Origin: Fistulifera solaris
Taxonomy: Eukaryota
DNA length: 64,000 nt
Assembly: GCA_030295235.1 (NCBI GenBank)
Contig: AP026130.1
Location: 1,178,001 to 1,242,000 of the forward strand
Direction: 5' to 3'
Of the stretch, positions 11,225 to 23,625 are shown piece after piece. The notes beneath the pieces were generated by a model. It ran no database searches. It saw only the letters and a list, made by a program, of their open reading frames with translations, and was not told the DNA's origin. The translations under genes were made by a program, and so were the position numbers. Within the stretch, counting starts at the first letter, position 1. Every line of letters starts with the position of its first letter.

Positions 11225-12655
11225 TTACAACGCCACGCGATGACTTGAATCTTGCCGTGCCAAAGCATCACCAATCCGCGCGAAGGCCCATGAAGGCACC
11301 ATCGACTCACTGGAGTCATCGCCGTCGGGACACGCATCTTTCTTGCACGTAGGACATCCTGTCGTAAAGCAATCATCAAAGGAATGAGAACCGGAGAGCC
11401 ATTGATCAATGCAACCCACATGGAAGCTGTGGCTACATGGCAGGACTCTCAAGCGATCTCCATCCGCAAACTGCTCCAAGCAAATGACACACACATCGTC
11501 ATCCTCTGCATAATCCGGCAATCCTTTTTGATTTGAACGTGACCGATGTCTCTTGTCCTTGTGTTGAACCTCTTTCGATCCGTAACCCCCCTCTTGTACC
11601 AACATCCAACTCCATTCTTCCGGCTTGCCCGTCGAATCCGAGTGATCATCTTCTTCGTCACTGGACGTTTCTTCCGGAATACGTGTCGCGGTGAGCCGAG
11701 ACTGGTACGTAATTGTGGGCAGTCGAAGAATACTTTCCACGTCAAGGTGTCGACTGGCGCTGCGAGCCATTCGCACAATGTCCATTTGTGAAATATCGTA
11801 ATCGAGTCGTCCAAATCCACTGGTATCCGAAGGACCGGAGGATCGAGAACCCGCCAAGGCGTTGTGGACGTAATAGGCTTCGGCTTGGCTACTGAGCATT
11901 GCCGAAGAATAAGATAAAGAAGAGGAGTGCCTTTGCAACTGAACCGAACAGGCATCGAACTCATCTACGGAGACCGCCATGGACGGAATGGAGGATGAAG
12001 AGGAAGAAGACGAGCACGATGCTGAGTCATCTTGACTTGCCGATGCTTCGATAGTAGAGAGCTCCTGACCTTTCTTGTTATTATTTCCTTCCAAAGTAGC
12101 CTCCCATATCTTGCTATGATGAAGCACAATGTCATCGTCCTGGAAAAGCCAGCACGCTAAGACATTGAAAAGGCTGCCCGAGAACGAAGAGCTCTCCTTG
12201 TTCTTGAGAAACAACTGAGGACTTCCACCGTACAAATGACCCGAACAGAGCAAGTCTTCGAGTCGATAAAGTCCCGAATGAGAAGGAATCGAGCGAAGAA
12301 TTGCCGGCAACTCCTGTTGAAGATACTCAGCAAAATGGCTGGGCGCTTTTTGGAGAAGAGTGACATCCAGTTTACAACAAGTAGGCGGTGCATGACGAAA
12401 CCAACCAACATAGGGAGATGATTTGTTTTGCGTTCCTTGCGGATACGAATGAGCGGTAAACGCGCTGTGCTGTGAACTTGAAGAATGATGATGCGAAGTC
12501 AGCGGAGGTGAGTGACGAAACCACCCGACGTACGGATTCGACTTGAGAGAAAGATTAGAGCATTTCCGGTAAGTAACTTTCATCAGCGTCGGCCTAGCTC
12601 TGCTAGAAGGCAGAGAGTTGTGGCGACGTAAATTCGAATTGGGGTTATCGAGCAT
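11225..12655 (-). CDS. RING-H2 zinc-finger protein (putative E3 ubiquitin ligase)
   Basis: [32 protein letters not shown]...CPTCK; Ser-rich N-terminus with duplicated [13 protein letters not shown] motif; first ATG at 12655. Confidence 0.9.
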   Translation of the reverse strand: MLDNPNSNLRRHNSLPSSRARPTLMKVTYRKCSNLSLKSNPYVGWFRHSPPLTSHHHSSSSQHSAFTAHSYPQGTQNKSSPYVGWFRHAPPTCCKLDVTLLQKAPSHFAEYLQQELPAILRSIPSHSGLYRLEDLLCSGHLYGGSPQLFLKNKESSSFSGSLFNVLACWLFQDDDIVLHHSKIWEATLEGNNNKKGQELSTIEASASQDDSASCSSSSSSSSIPSMAVSVDEFDACSVQLQRHSSSLSYSSAMLSSQAEAYYVHNALAGSRSSGPSDTSGFGRLDYDISQMDIVRMARSASRHLDVESILRLPTITYQSRLTATRIPEETSSDEEDDHSDSTGKPEEWSWMLVQEGGYGSKEVQHKDKRHRSRSNQKGLPDYAEDDDVCVICLEQFADGDRLRVLPCSHSFHVGCIDQWLSGSHSFDDCFTTGCPTCKKDACPDGDDSSESMVPSWAFARIGDALARQDSSHRVAL

Positions 12656-13519
12656 TTTTCCTGTCTCGGGACAATGAGAATTTCGGTAGGGTATTCGCAA
12701 AGCAACAATCGTAGCTAATTCTTCAAGAAATTTGATAGTGGCTCAACAATGCAGCGAATTCAAAGATCTACTTCTTCAAATGACTTTGTGGTGCAAATTC
12801 GAATTTCAGAAGTCAATTGTTTGCGCAGCAGATCCTTGCTGCACAACACTGACACCTCGTCGTTTCAGATCAAAGAACAACTTGCGTCGAATTCGTCCAT
12901 TTTTGCGTGCGATCATTCGTCACGTTGTCTCATTGCAGGAACGATAATGTCTTTTGCATTTCCGAGAATACCAAATGGCACTCGCGAACGGTCATTTATT
13001 TATTGTGCGAGCGCGCGGTCACGTTTTGTATTATGAGATCTTGTTCATAGAAAGTGTAGTACTATACTCTATTTTTGTAGTGTCCACAAAGAGCAGCGCG
13101 TTCGGAACGCACGCACCACGCGCAAACGCGGGAGACGCAGACGTGAGTGAGTCCAAACGGCGGGAAGATTTGACACGTGTCGCATTCAACATTCAAAACG
13201 TGCGTCTAGTACTCTTTTCGTCACACAAGGAATTCGAATTTCGTGCCGGAATTCTTGCAATGCCTGACTCATGACAACTCATGACTTAAATATGATGACG
13301 GTGTTATTACGGTTTTAAAAGACGAGACGCTCTCCTTTAGCTTTACCTAGTCAAAAGGAGCTATGAGAGCACTTGTTCAAACCAATTACTGGCGGAATTA
13401 CTACTATCGACATCTATAAGATGCCGCAGAAGAAGAAGAAGAAGAAAAGCCACCTTTCATCGCTTTTGTTCTTTAGCTAGCTGGTTACAGGCTGATAACA
13501 ATTCGCGCCTTAAACGAAA

Positions 13520-14161
13520 TCACGAGGAAGGATTTCGAAATAGATCCGCGATGGGAATGAATTCTGTTCTTCCAAATCCACCTCCAGGAGGATCAGGAGA
13601 TGTTGGGTCACCGTTTGCGTCTTTCGGGTAACACCACAGCAGCAGTCGCCGTGATAGTTTGTGAAGTGGCACAAAATTTGTAGCGGTTTCATCTTTACCA
13701 AAAACAAGCGTTTCAGTTCGATTGTCTTTGATATTGTGGAGCCGGTAAGTGATCATCATGTTGTCACTGAATGCGTAGTGAATATCTAGCTCCTTCTTCT
13801 GTCGTTTCTTTTCCTCTTCTTCTACTCGTTGTAGTTCAAGAGCGGCTTCTTTTCGATTAAATCGCTTTCGTTTCTTAAGCATTTCGTTCTTTTCTGCTAT
13901 GGGAATACCACCGGGCCCCAAAGGCGGCGGTACTTTTTCATGGTTCAATTCGGCGCGCTTCTGCACCAATTCGTCGTCGAACATTCGCGGAATTACTTTG
14001 TGTTCCAGCAGCTTGAGTAGTTCGTCAAATTTAGAGTTTCCTTGTGTTTCCTCCTCATTGAACCACAGAATATCCGCTCGTCGGATGTGTAGAACGACTT
14101 CGACGCATTGTTGTTGACCCACTTTGACTTCCAGAAAAGTACGCGGGTGAGCGATCTTCAT
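13520..14161 (-). CDS. Hypothetical protein
   Basis: 213-aa ATG-initiated ORF with globular composition and a basic NLS-like stretch (KKRKRFNRK). Confidence 0.65.
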   Translation of the reverse strand: MKIAHPRTFLEVKVGQQQCVEVVLHIRRADILWFNEEETQGNSKFDELLKLLEHKVIPRMFDDELVQKRAELNHEKVPPPLGPGGIPIAEKNEMLKKRKRFNRKEAALELQRVEEEEKKRQKKELDIHYAFSDNMMITYRLHNIKDNRTETLVFGKDETATNFVPLHKLSRRLLLWCYPKDANGDPTSPDPPGGGFGRTEFIPIADLFRNPSS

Positions 14162-14705
14162 GGATCCCGCTTTCCTCTGTTGTTGACGAAGAATTCGACT
14201 TGATGCTGTTAATAAAACATTTTACCTGGTAGTTTACTTTCTTTTGCTCGTTTGGAAAGGGTGACTTTGTCGGCAATTTGCAAATGTCGCAAAATTTTCT
14301 GTTGGCTGTTACCATGTACATCAATCCCGCAAAGACGTGACTAAAACATAGACGAAGTCTCATAGCGGTTGTTTGACTTCTTAATGAGTATTCCTACGGT
14401 CAACATCCGCCCCGGAAGAAAGTATTGGTAGCCAAAAACCAGAGTAGATGCATTTTAGGACGAGTCAGTTAGCTAAGCTCAACGTTGGTTTGCCAGAATG
14501 AATCAAGATGAGCTATAAAGCCAGCGGTGTAACTAATCAGAAAAAATATACATTACTAACAAGTTAACGACGACGAGAAACGTAGTTGAGCGTTCTCCCT
14601 TGGATTCTCAGTAGCTCGTGGCGAAATACATGTATTCGACGGCTTACAAAATTGAGATGAAGATGATGTATCTGAAAAATATCTGATGGCAATTTTTTCG
14701 CATTT

Positions 14706-15392
14706 CTACTCTGTTTGGGTGACTGGCCTTTCTTCTACCGCGCGCGTAGGGATGGTGCAAGAGGCGGAGAGGTCGGGCAATCGAGGTAATGTTTTGGTTT
14801 CGTTTCTTTTCATTTTCCTGGCACTGTGATATGGATCAAGAAGCGAACTCGTCACTACAGAGTTTGGAGATTTCCTTCCGCCTGGCGTTATGACAATTGG
14901 TCTTCCATCGTAGTCATTTGCATATTTAAACCCAGCAGCCACAGCCAAAGGCTTGGTTCGTCTTTGCGCGATCTCTCGGATGAAGAAAGCGGTTTATTGT
15001 ATGTAAACGAGGCTACGTCGCCATACGGCTTGACGGAGGAAGATAGGCCCGCTAACTCGTCTGCTCCACCAGGAAAGAAGCCTTCCGCACTGCAGCAAGT
15101 TACCTAAACATACGGGGTGGTGTGAGTGCAACTTCACAGCAGTGTGATGCGATTACAAGTAACGTACATTACTACACCCATCGGAAAAGGCTGCAAGAAA
15201 GAAGTCTCGATAGATGGATACTTCCCCGAACAAATAGAGAAATGAGTTTCTTGTTTGATTAGATTCTGTGTTCTTGTTGGCGTCGTTCTTCGAATCTTCC
15301 AACGTATCATAGTCTTCATCATCGATTATTATCCGATGGCATTCATCGTCACACTTAACTTCGTTCGCTTCCTCTCCACAAAGAATGGACAT
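14706..15392 (-). CDS. Possible hypothetical protein (intron-containing, structure uncertain)
   Basis: ATG ORF 15392-15153, GTACGT donor near 15167, TTTAG acceptor near 15105, downstream low-complexity ORF to 14706; needs a frameshift to join. Confidence 0.3.
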
Positions 15393-16137
15393 TTGTTGTA
15401 ATGCAATACAGTTGGCCGTTTTACTTCTTGAGCCAATTCAAAAGTGCAAGCCCCAAAAGCACAATCGCTGAAAGCGTTTTGCAGATTGGAAAGAAGTGGT
15501 GGTGTCTGGATGATTCTAACTTCATGAATAATCATGAATCATGATGCATTTCTCATTTTAATTTTCAACGTATAAAAATCAAAGAAATTTTACGAGTCCG
15601 TGTAAATAATGAGGAGATTCGAGCGTTAAGTGACGTTACAAGAAGAGATTTTCCTCTATGTAAAAGCGTTGGAGTGAGTCTTTGGGCGTGTCACAAGTAT
15701 TATTATGACGTTCTACGGTTTTGTTTGAAATCAAATGCCGTTACTGGTAAGCCTTAAGGTTAGGGTTGAAAGGATTTTTGAAACGTAACCGTACCTTTAG
15801 TTTTCTAAAAAGCAACAAGTTGATGTCAGAGAGACGCATCTTTGGCTCTATAGGTCCCACAACGCAAATTACAGCGATATGATCGAAGAGTATTTGTCTC
15901 AGGAAGCCGTCACTGGTTCAGCAAGTCAAGCAATGAACCCCTCAAAAGCGACCGAGTAGTTTAACTTTTGTTAAATCGCCTCTTACCTCTATAGACTAGA
16001 AAACGAAAAAAAACAAGAAACAGGATTAAATTCTCTTTGGATCAACACTTTTTGTGTTGGCTGCTATAAGATCAATAAAACTATTCAATGACGCTACAGT
16101 TTTAAAGACATCGTGAAGCAGATCGACGTTTCTTCAC

Positions 16138-16668
16138 TCATCGCTTTCGCGTTGCCATAAATCGCCAAGTCAACAAGGAGATCACAGCCACTGCTGCGGC
16201 AGCTTGGGCGCCTTTTCTCCAGTTCTCTTCCCTTAGGTTTGCAGCTTTACCACCCTGCTCGAAAAGACTTCGCATAGGCGTCAACACTTGCACCGCTTCT
16301 TGAATGAGTGCCTTATCAATATCAAGCTCTTCAAACGTGCTTCGCAAGTGTTTCATCATCAAATCAAAGTGACTTTCGTTCAACCCCATTTCGAATAATT
16401 TGGCGTGTTTGTTAAGAACAAGATGTTCGACATCCAAGTCTTTCGGCATGGTCGTAAAGGCAATCGACATGAAATTAAACTGATGCCATTTAAGAACCGA
16501 AATGTTATTTCCGTGGAAAAAACGTTGCAGTTCCGGATCTTGCAGCAGCCGGTCGTAAAATCGATCCACGGCCGCATTCAGAACTTGCTTTCCTCCGAGT
16601 TTGGCCAAGAGTTCGTCCTTGCGTGAACTCTGGCTGCTGTGTAGGACTTCGGCACTCGCTAATGTCAT
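16138..16668 (-). CDS. Group I truncated (2/2) haemoglobin, GlbN-like, with C-terminal hydrophobic tail
   Basis: LGG..L.AAVDRFYDRLLQDPELQRFF, HQ..F, proximal His in KHAKL, GLNESHFD...HL..T; tail GAQAAAAVAVISLLTWRFMATRKR. Confidence 0.9.
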   Translation of the reverse strand: MTLASAEVLHSSQSSRKDELLAKLGGKQVLNAAVDRFYDRLLQDPELQRFFHGNNISVLKWHQFNFMSIAFTTMPKDLDVEHLVLNKHAKLFEMGLNESHFDLMMKHLRSTFEELDIDKALIQEAVQVLTPMRSLFEQGGKAANLREENWRKGAQAAAAVAVISLLTWRFMATRKR

Positions 16669-16990
16669 GATGAAGAGTAAGAAAGAAAAGAGAATATAAG
16701 GAGGTAATACAAGTCAACAAGGAAGGTGAAGAAGAATAATGGATGGTGCGATTTTGATAAGTGGCATTTCAATGTGACGCGTCGACGCGTCGGAGGTGCA
16801 GAATTGTTGCGTGAAGGCGGTGCAAACGCGAATTGTTCGCCGTCGAAAAGCGAACCGGGAAAATGTCGCACCGCGTTGTTGAGATGCAGCGCAGAAAATA
16901 AAAACAAAAAAAGCGAGAGAATAAAATCCTATCTTCGAAGTATGATATGAGAGACTACTTGTTAGCAAAGCTTAAGGTATTTAACTAACA

Positions 16991-17989
16991 ATGAGCGGGT
17001 TGGTGGGGAGAGCAATCGGAGGCGTGGTGAATCCGGTCGTTAGCAATGTTGATTTCAATGACATTCTGATGCGTATCGACTTAAATGAGGTCATCGATCG
17101 TATTGATGTAGACAGAATTCTTGAACTTGTTGATATAAATCAGTTACTGGAAAGAATCAATTTCGATCGAGTCGTCGAACGTTTGCCGATTCAAGAAATT
17201 GTCGATCGATCCAACATTGGGGAGATTGTCGCTCGCTCCTCTTCGGGTATCTTTTCTCAACTTCTCGACGCTATTCGAGCTCAAGCGGCCAAGTACGATT
17301 ACATCTTTCAAGGAATGGGTAGATGTCGCTGCTACTGGAGAAAACGCTTTGTTGACTGGGAGCTACCACCAAAGCCTGGAAAATACGATCGGATTGCCGA
17401 CGGAAAGATTCGATGTCCTCGAAATGCTGGAGGTCTAGCGTACGCCATGCAAGGACGGAACGCTGGAATTGTGTCGAGGACGTGCTCTTACTGGATAGAT
17501 GAACTGTTCATTATTTTCTCATTTGCGGGCTGGATCGCCCTCGCTCGACAAGCCTACGGCGTTGTCCAGAACGAAGAATTCTACACTCCTGAATGGCTAT
17601 ACGTGATCATGTATATCTCCTACGGAGTTTCTTACGACTTTCTCTCTTACTACTTGGTTGGGAGAACGCTGGGTATGGCTATTATGGGTCTCAAGCTGGT
17701 CAGTCAGAGAACCGGAAAATGGCTCGGCCCAATTCGTTGTTTTGTAAGAGCGCTGTTTGTGTCAATAAGGCTGCTGGCTTTGCCCAGTCTGATCATCGGC
17801 TTGATTCGCAAGGACAGGAGGCACTTTCTGGACTTGGTATGCGGATCATGTGTCATCTATTCCTGGGACGCCCGTCCCCCAAGGAGGTGCGACAGTCAGG
17901 CGAAGCATTCAATGAGGGACAGCAATCCTTACTTCAGACCGTTGGAAGACGACGACGATCAAGAGCTTGAAGACTTTCATGAGCCTTGA
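16991..17989 (+). CDS. RDD-family membrane protein with N-terminal (V/I)DxxxIxxR repeats
   Basis: AGIVSRTCSYWID (R,D), GRTLGMAIMGLKLV, RRHFLDLVCGSCVIYSW (last D); N-terminal repeats VDFNDILMR/IDLNEVIDR/IDVDRILEL/VDINQLLER; intronless. Confidence 0.8.
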   Translation: MSGLVGRAIGGVVNPVVSNVDFNDILMRIDLNEVIDRIDVDRILELVDINQLLERINFDRVVERLPIQEIVDRSNIGEIVARSSSGIFSQLLDAIRAQAAKYDYIFQGMGRCRCYWRKRFVDWELPPKPGKYDRIADGKIRCPRNAGGLAYAMQGRNAGIVSRTCSYWIDELFIIFSFAGWIALARQAYGVVQNEEFYTPEWLYVIMYISYGVSYDFLSYYLVGRTLGMAIMGLKLVSQRTGKWLGPIRCFVRALFVSIRLLALPSLIIGLIRKDRRHFLDLVCGSCVIYSWDARPPRRCDSQAKHSMRDSNPYFRPLEDDDDQELEDFHEP

Positions 17990-18357
17990 CTCGACTCTGA
18001 AAAATGCTTGGCGAACTTTTTGCTACGGAGTAGATTTTATTGCCGGCGTTTCATTTTCAGTCACGAATAGTGAGGATCGTAACGACGAGAACAGTCATTT
18101 TGACACTATGACCATCGTACACTATGTTCGATAGAGTTTTGACTTCTTGACCTCTCCCCCCTCTCCGTCTTTTTCGCGGGCAAAGGGCAGGCACAGCACT
18201 ATGGCTCAAAGAGTAGAATGGGACTATCCAATTTCGCCAATTTTTATTGAAGACGTTGCGACGATTACATTTTGTTTGTTTATCTTGTTCCGATCGGAAA
18301 AAGGGATTAGTTTCAACAAGTCGCGTTGGTTAGACCCACAGGCAGCCGGAAAACCAA

Positions 18358-19387
18358 ATGAAAGAAGACATGAGTGAGAGTAACTACAGTGAAAGCAGTG
18401 AAGAAAGCACGGCTGTGCTCAAGCCTGTGGACGATACACCGTCGGACGCAAAAGACGTTGAGACCACTCAAATGACTCATCCAGAGTCGGAAGAAGAGTC
18501 TAATCAAGGCTCTGATGAGGATTCGGATGAGGAATCGGAGGGTGAAGCTCAAGCGGCTCAAAAGAAGGACAGCGAGGCATCGGTGGAGTCGGACGACGAG
18601 TCCTCCGCCTCGGAGCAGCAGCCAGAGAAAGGAAGCGCAGAAGAACCGGTACAAGAGGACAAATCCGAGAACGAGGCTGATGACGATGACGAACAAGTCG
18701 CACCTGATCTTTCTATGACAACTGAAAATGAAGACAAGGAGGCTAAGAAAGAAGAAGAGGAAGAGGTCACTAAAGAAGTTGTGGAGGTTACTGAAGACGT
18801 TGTACCAGCTACTGTCTCCGAACACGTTTTGGAACCAGAAACCGAGGCAAAATGCGAAGATAGCACACCTGAGATTGCGAAAGATGTAGAATCGAAATCC
18901 GAGGATAAGGAAGAAAAGCCTGTGGATACCGCTGCCATCAAAGCGTCTTTTTTCTCAGGGAAGCGCCGCCCCTTCCCAGGGAAGCGCGAGTGCGGACAAA
19001 TTCAGAGAGCCGGTACTGAAGGAAAAGATTAAAAATCCCGTTTTGCTGGAAAATGCGGGGCAAAAGCACGGAGCGGGCATTGATAAGTTTCACGAACCTG
19101 TGCTCAAGACAAAAATTAAGAACCCGGTGTCGTTTAGCGGACAGAAGCACTCGGCCGGAGCTGCCACTTTCGAAAGCAAGGTCGCTCTCGAGAAAGGTCT
19201 CCGAAACCCGACTTTCGGATATCTCAAGTCCTCCTTCACAGGTATCTCTAAATTCACGGAACCTATTGCGGTTTCAAGCGGCAAAACTGACAGCTTGAAG
19301 CGTAGTGAGTGGGGAAAAGGTGGACCGAAGGGCAGCTTCAAATGGGTGCAAGTCGGTGGCTCTTGGAAGAAGCAGTACGATGCATAG
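18358..19387 (+). CDS. Acidic low-complexity protein with basic C-terminal ~27-aa repeats (one apparent frameshift about 18950-18985)
   Basis: Glu/Asp/Ser-rich ORF 18358-19032 overlaps an open frame continuing to 19387 with DKFREPVLKEKIKNPV and DKFHEPVLKTKIKNPV repeats. Confidence 0.7.
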
Positions 19388-19594
19388 ACATTAAAGAAAC
19401 CTTCACATTGAAGCGTTTGCTATCACTTCTGCGTACAGATGCATACATACATACATTTCAAACGATGTAATAATTTGAATCGAATAATATTAATAAAAAT
19501 CTCGTATAGAAATCTTAACTGTAAGCCCATAGAGACGACAGCTGCAGCTGCATATAGTAGCAAAGAAAAATTGTTAAAGTGGGGAAAATAAAAT

Positions 19595-21771
19595 CTATCT
19601 ACGAATCGGTTGCCCCTTGCACCATTCACCGTCATGTCTGATCGAACCGTCAGGTCGGATCTCCTTGCCGCTACCGTGCATTTCTCCATTCCACCATTCT
19701 CCCTCATACCAACCGCCATCACTCCAACTCATTTTGCCGAGACCGCAAAATTCGCCTTCACGGAACTCGCCTTCGTAAATAGAATCATCGGTGAATACGC
19801 ATTTACCCCTTCCATGGCGCATTCCATCGACCCAACTTCCGGAGTACGTAGAACCGTCTTGATACGTCATTTTGCCTTCAATCATTTGGCCATTGATGTA
19901 CTCTCCCTCAAACGTTCGACCGTCTGCAAACTTCATTATTCCGTGTCCATCTGTAAATAGCAAGGTTGAGTCATATTCAAAGCGCAAAGGATAATTGCTG
20001 GCACAATGGACTTACGTTTGTGGTCATTCTTGAGCCCGCCTTCGTAGTAATCGCCATCACCATTCGATAACCGGCCGTGTCCTGTCCACCGTCCATGTTT
20101 CCAATCGCCCTCATACCATCTTCCTGCTCGGTCATATTCGAGACGGCCATAACCATGGGGCATTCCTGTGCTGTTGCTGATCGACCCTGTATAAGTACCT
20201 TTTTCACCGTAAGGGTCGGTCACATCCATTGCTGCTACTTCATAGGTTCCGCCTCCTGTTCCTGTCGACCTCGCCGATCGCGAGGATCGTTGTGAACTTT
20301 CTCCGATGCTTCCCCGGCGCGATGGCTTCTTCGTGTTCATGTGGTCTTGCGGCCCTACGTCCTGTCTCGAAGAGTTCCGCTTACTGCTGTGGTAACTTTG
20401 CTCATCGTCGTGGCTCCTCCGGGAGGCTGTACCACGCGAATGAATGGACATGGATCTGGATTGGCGACTGTGTGCTGCGCTTGCAAAGCTACGATTGTCG
20501 AAAGCTTCTTCTTCAAGCGAGTCGTGACTTTCGCTGTCATCTTCGTCCTCGTCTAGCTCCAACTCACGAGGCAGCGTCTTGACTGACTTGCTGGCACTGA
20601 CGATAGAAACTGCTCCCGTTGTAGCTTGCGTACCAGTGCTGTTGCGACGAGATGCCTTGTACGTAACTTGAAAAGTATTTGTAGTTTGTTCATCCTCGTC
20701 TTCATACTCGTAATGATGCCGCAACTCTTGGCTTCCGTAACCTTCAGAAGTTAAGTCCTCGCCTTCTTCGCGCCACGTTTCGTGTTCGTCATTAACTGTG
20801 CGTCGGTCCGAGTCGTCATCCACGTGATCATCTTCATCGTCGTCGCCCAGATTGATTTCACGTGGAACACCAGACCGCCCGGAGCGTCCGCTACCTCGCT
20901 GTTGTCGATTGCTTGTCGAACGACTTCGATAAGATCGCCCGGATCTCACACTCTGGTGATCACCCGCCACTGTGGTTCCTCCACCGCCTCCAAAGTGCTC
21001 CTCCTGCAGTTTACGAACCATGTCATGGAGAAATGTGAGTTGCGATTTCATCATTTCTAGTTCATCTTTGAGTTTCTTATTTTCTTCTTCTTTCGTCTTT
21101 AGCTGTTGTCGTTGATGATATGAGCTACTACGAGTTGTGGAAACGGTCAAGCTGTCTTTCTTGTCTCCAATATTTTGCTTGGGAGCATGTTGAGGAGAGT
21201 GTGTCACTTGGGCGTGATGCCTGTTTTTAGGAGCCGGCGGCGGTGGCGGGGCCGGAGCTTCGTCTTCGACAGGTTCACCTCGTAGCCTTTGATACTCCGC
21301 TTTCACAACCTCCTTTGGAACATTCGGGGTTTGCAAGTAAAGAGGTTCTGCGTTTGGATCGGCATTTGGAAGTTGAAATGTCTCATTCGGATCAACAGAA
21401 TATAAATACTTCTTTGCCCCGTGCACAGAAAACGGCTTTAAAAACGAGAACCCCTTTTGATCCTGAAGGAACTTTTGAATATGTTTTTCCGTGTAATGAT
21501 GTCGCGCAATGTAATATCTGATCACATACTGTCCCTCCTTTCTTCCCGGCTTCCAATCATCCGCTTTGTCTGGTGCGACTCGTAAGACTCTATCAATCGA
21601 GTCTTTCAGTGCCTGCGACGCGGGATGATCTTTCACAAATTTCAATTTAATAACGCCGTCAAACACTGGATGATTCGAATCTCTGAATTGTTTTTGAAAA
21701 GTCCTACAATGTCTCCATGAACAAATACATTTCGGGACAGCATTAGTGCCGTGCTGTGAAGAACCGTTCAT
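19595..21771 (-). CDS. MORN-repeat protein with long disordered region and coiled coil; 2 exons
   Basis: YEGDWKHGRWTGHG, YEGEFREGEFCGLG etc. (about 8 MORN units); GTAAG..TTACAG intron 19951-20015 restores KHGHG; ATG at 21771. Confidence 0.9.
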
Positions 21772-22606
21772 AATGGTTTCACGGTCATCAACGCTCGTTG
21801 AAGCTTTCGGAGGAATGATTGCGAGTCTTAACTGCACTGAAGCAGGAGAATAATTCAATCAATTACTGATTAGCCAGAATAAACAAGTTGTTGAGTCTCT
21901 AACGATTGCTGCAATTCATTCGCTGCACCTCGATCAACCCCCCAACTGCTTTTTGCTTTCAGCGTCACGCGTCACGCAACCCCGCTTTGCAAACTATAGA
22001 GTTGGAACGAGCGAAAACCGCGGGCATTCGTACGAGACACAAAGAAACAACCCCTTTTACTCTCTAGTCTCTAGTAATGTGTACTTGGCTCGCTATAACT
22101 TTGTCCGACGGCATTCAAAAGAGTACACAGGGATTCCATCTTGTACAGTTTATTTGACAGAGCAATCCATGATCGTTATTAATAATTCGTCGAAATTCGA
22201 AATACTCCGTATTCCATAAGAACGATGTACATTCGTTGCTATAGTAAAGGCGAAGTCCTGTTTACCATGACGATGACCGATGACTTGTGACTTGTGACCT
22301 TTCCCAGTTAAGCCCGGTCATTTGGGTCATTCGTCATATTCCTTGTTTAGTTTATTATAGGTAGGGATAAGGCTTTCTCGTTAACCGTCGTCTGTCCTTA
22401 TGCCGATCTCGTGATGGCGACGTACGTATGCCGAATTCCGTGTCACAGCAGGATTAGTGATTTCCAACCACGCAAACGCAAAACGGCAGATTGACGGCTG
22501 TCAGCGTTTCCGTTCTTCGTCAACTCAGCAGGCCCATCAACTCGAAAGCAAGGTGCTTGAACAGGACTTTTCCTTTCATCCTGGCCTGTCATTGAAAAGT
22601 TTTACC

Positions 22607-23376
22607 ATGAAGTCCTTTTTATCTGTTATTGCTGCATTGCTTAGCTTTTCGGCTAGCTTGCGCGCATCTGGTGAGTGCTCGCGAGACTTCTTCGTCACAC
22701 ATAAAAATTGTTATCTAGTCGCCTCACATGTGCTTCTTCTTTTTCTTGTAGACGCTTACGCGTTTGTTCATCGCTCGAATGGCCTTTCTAGCGTCCCTAA
22801 ATCCTCTTCTTGCTTGAAAATGAAAATTTTCGACTGGAAGCGTAGAACAGCGGACGAATCGCTTTTGAACGATGTTGAAAAGACCGAGTTCACTCTCGAC
22901 AATCTCAAGCCTGCCCCGGCAGCCGCCACCGCAAGAGCCGCAAAGGTCGTGGTATCGCAGCCGGTCAAGGAGCATCTTGCGGTTTCGGTATGCGTGGTCA
23001 AAAGTCTCGTGCTGGTTCACCGACTCGTCCGGGCTTCGAAGGAGGACAGATTCCTCTCTACCGTCGACTCCCGAAATTCGTAGGCAAGCCAACTGGACCG
23101 GGACATGAGAAAACGATCTACAATGTTATTTCCACGGATGCTTTGGAGAAAGCCGCGGCCGGATCGACTGTTACTTTCGACTCTTTGTTGGAGAGCAAGA
23201 TTGTCACCAAGTCGAAATTTGATTTGCACAAGGTTGTGATGGGCAAGGGTACTCCTGCGTCGAACTTGACAGTTCAGGCTCATGCTTTCACCAAGTCCGC
23301 ACGCCAAGCCATTGAGGCCGCTGGAGGAAAGTGCGAACTGTTGAGCCCCACAACGAATGCTGTCATTTCAGAATAA
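22607..23376 (+). CDS. rpl15: Nucleus-encoded plastid 50S ribosomal protein L15
   Basis: [65 protein letters not shown]; signal peptide plus AYA-FV motif across intron 22671-22751; one indel near 22920-22935. Confidence 0.93.
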
Positions 23377-23625
23377 ATTAATTTGAAGTCGTTCTCATTG
23401 ATTTCCTTGTTATTCCTTTATGTTCGAGCTTGATAGCAATCTGTAATAGGATTCTCTCGTAACATTAGCGTTCCTTGCACTTTCGTAGCTACAGTCTTTG
23501 TTAAGAAACAGAAAGCAATATGGTCGTTGAAAATGAAACAAACTAAATTATGTAAAGCTACACTAGCACTAATATTTCATCACAAGATCATTGCAAGCCG
23601 TCATGATAAAGGATCAGTATCGCGT

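Noticed and set aside
15757..15768. Telomere-like TTAGGG words (also about 25149 and 31679)
   Set aside because: Single isolated copies, expected by chance
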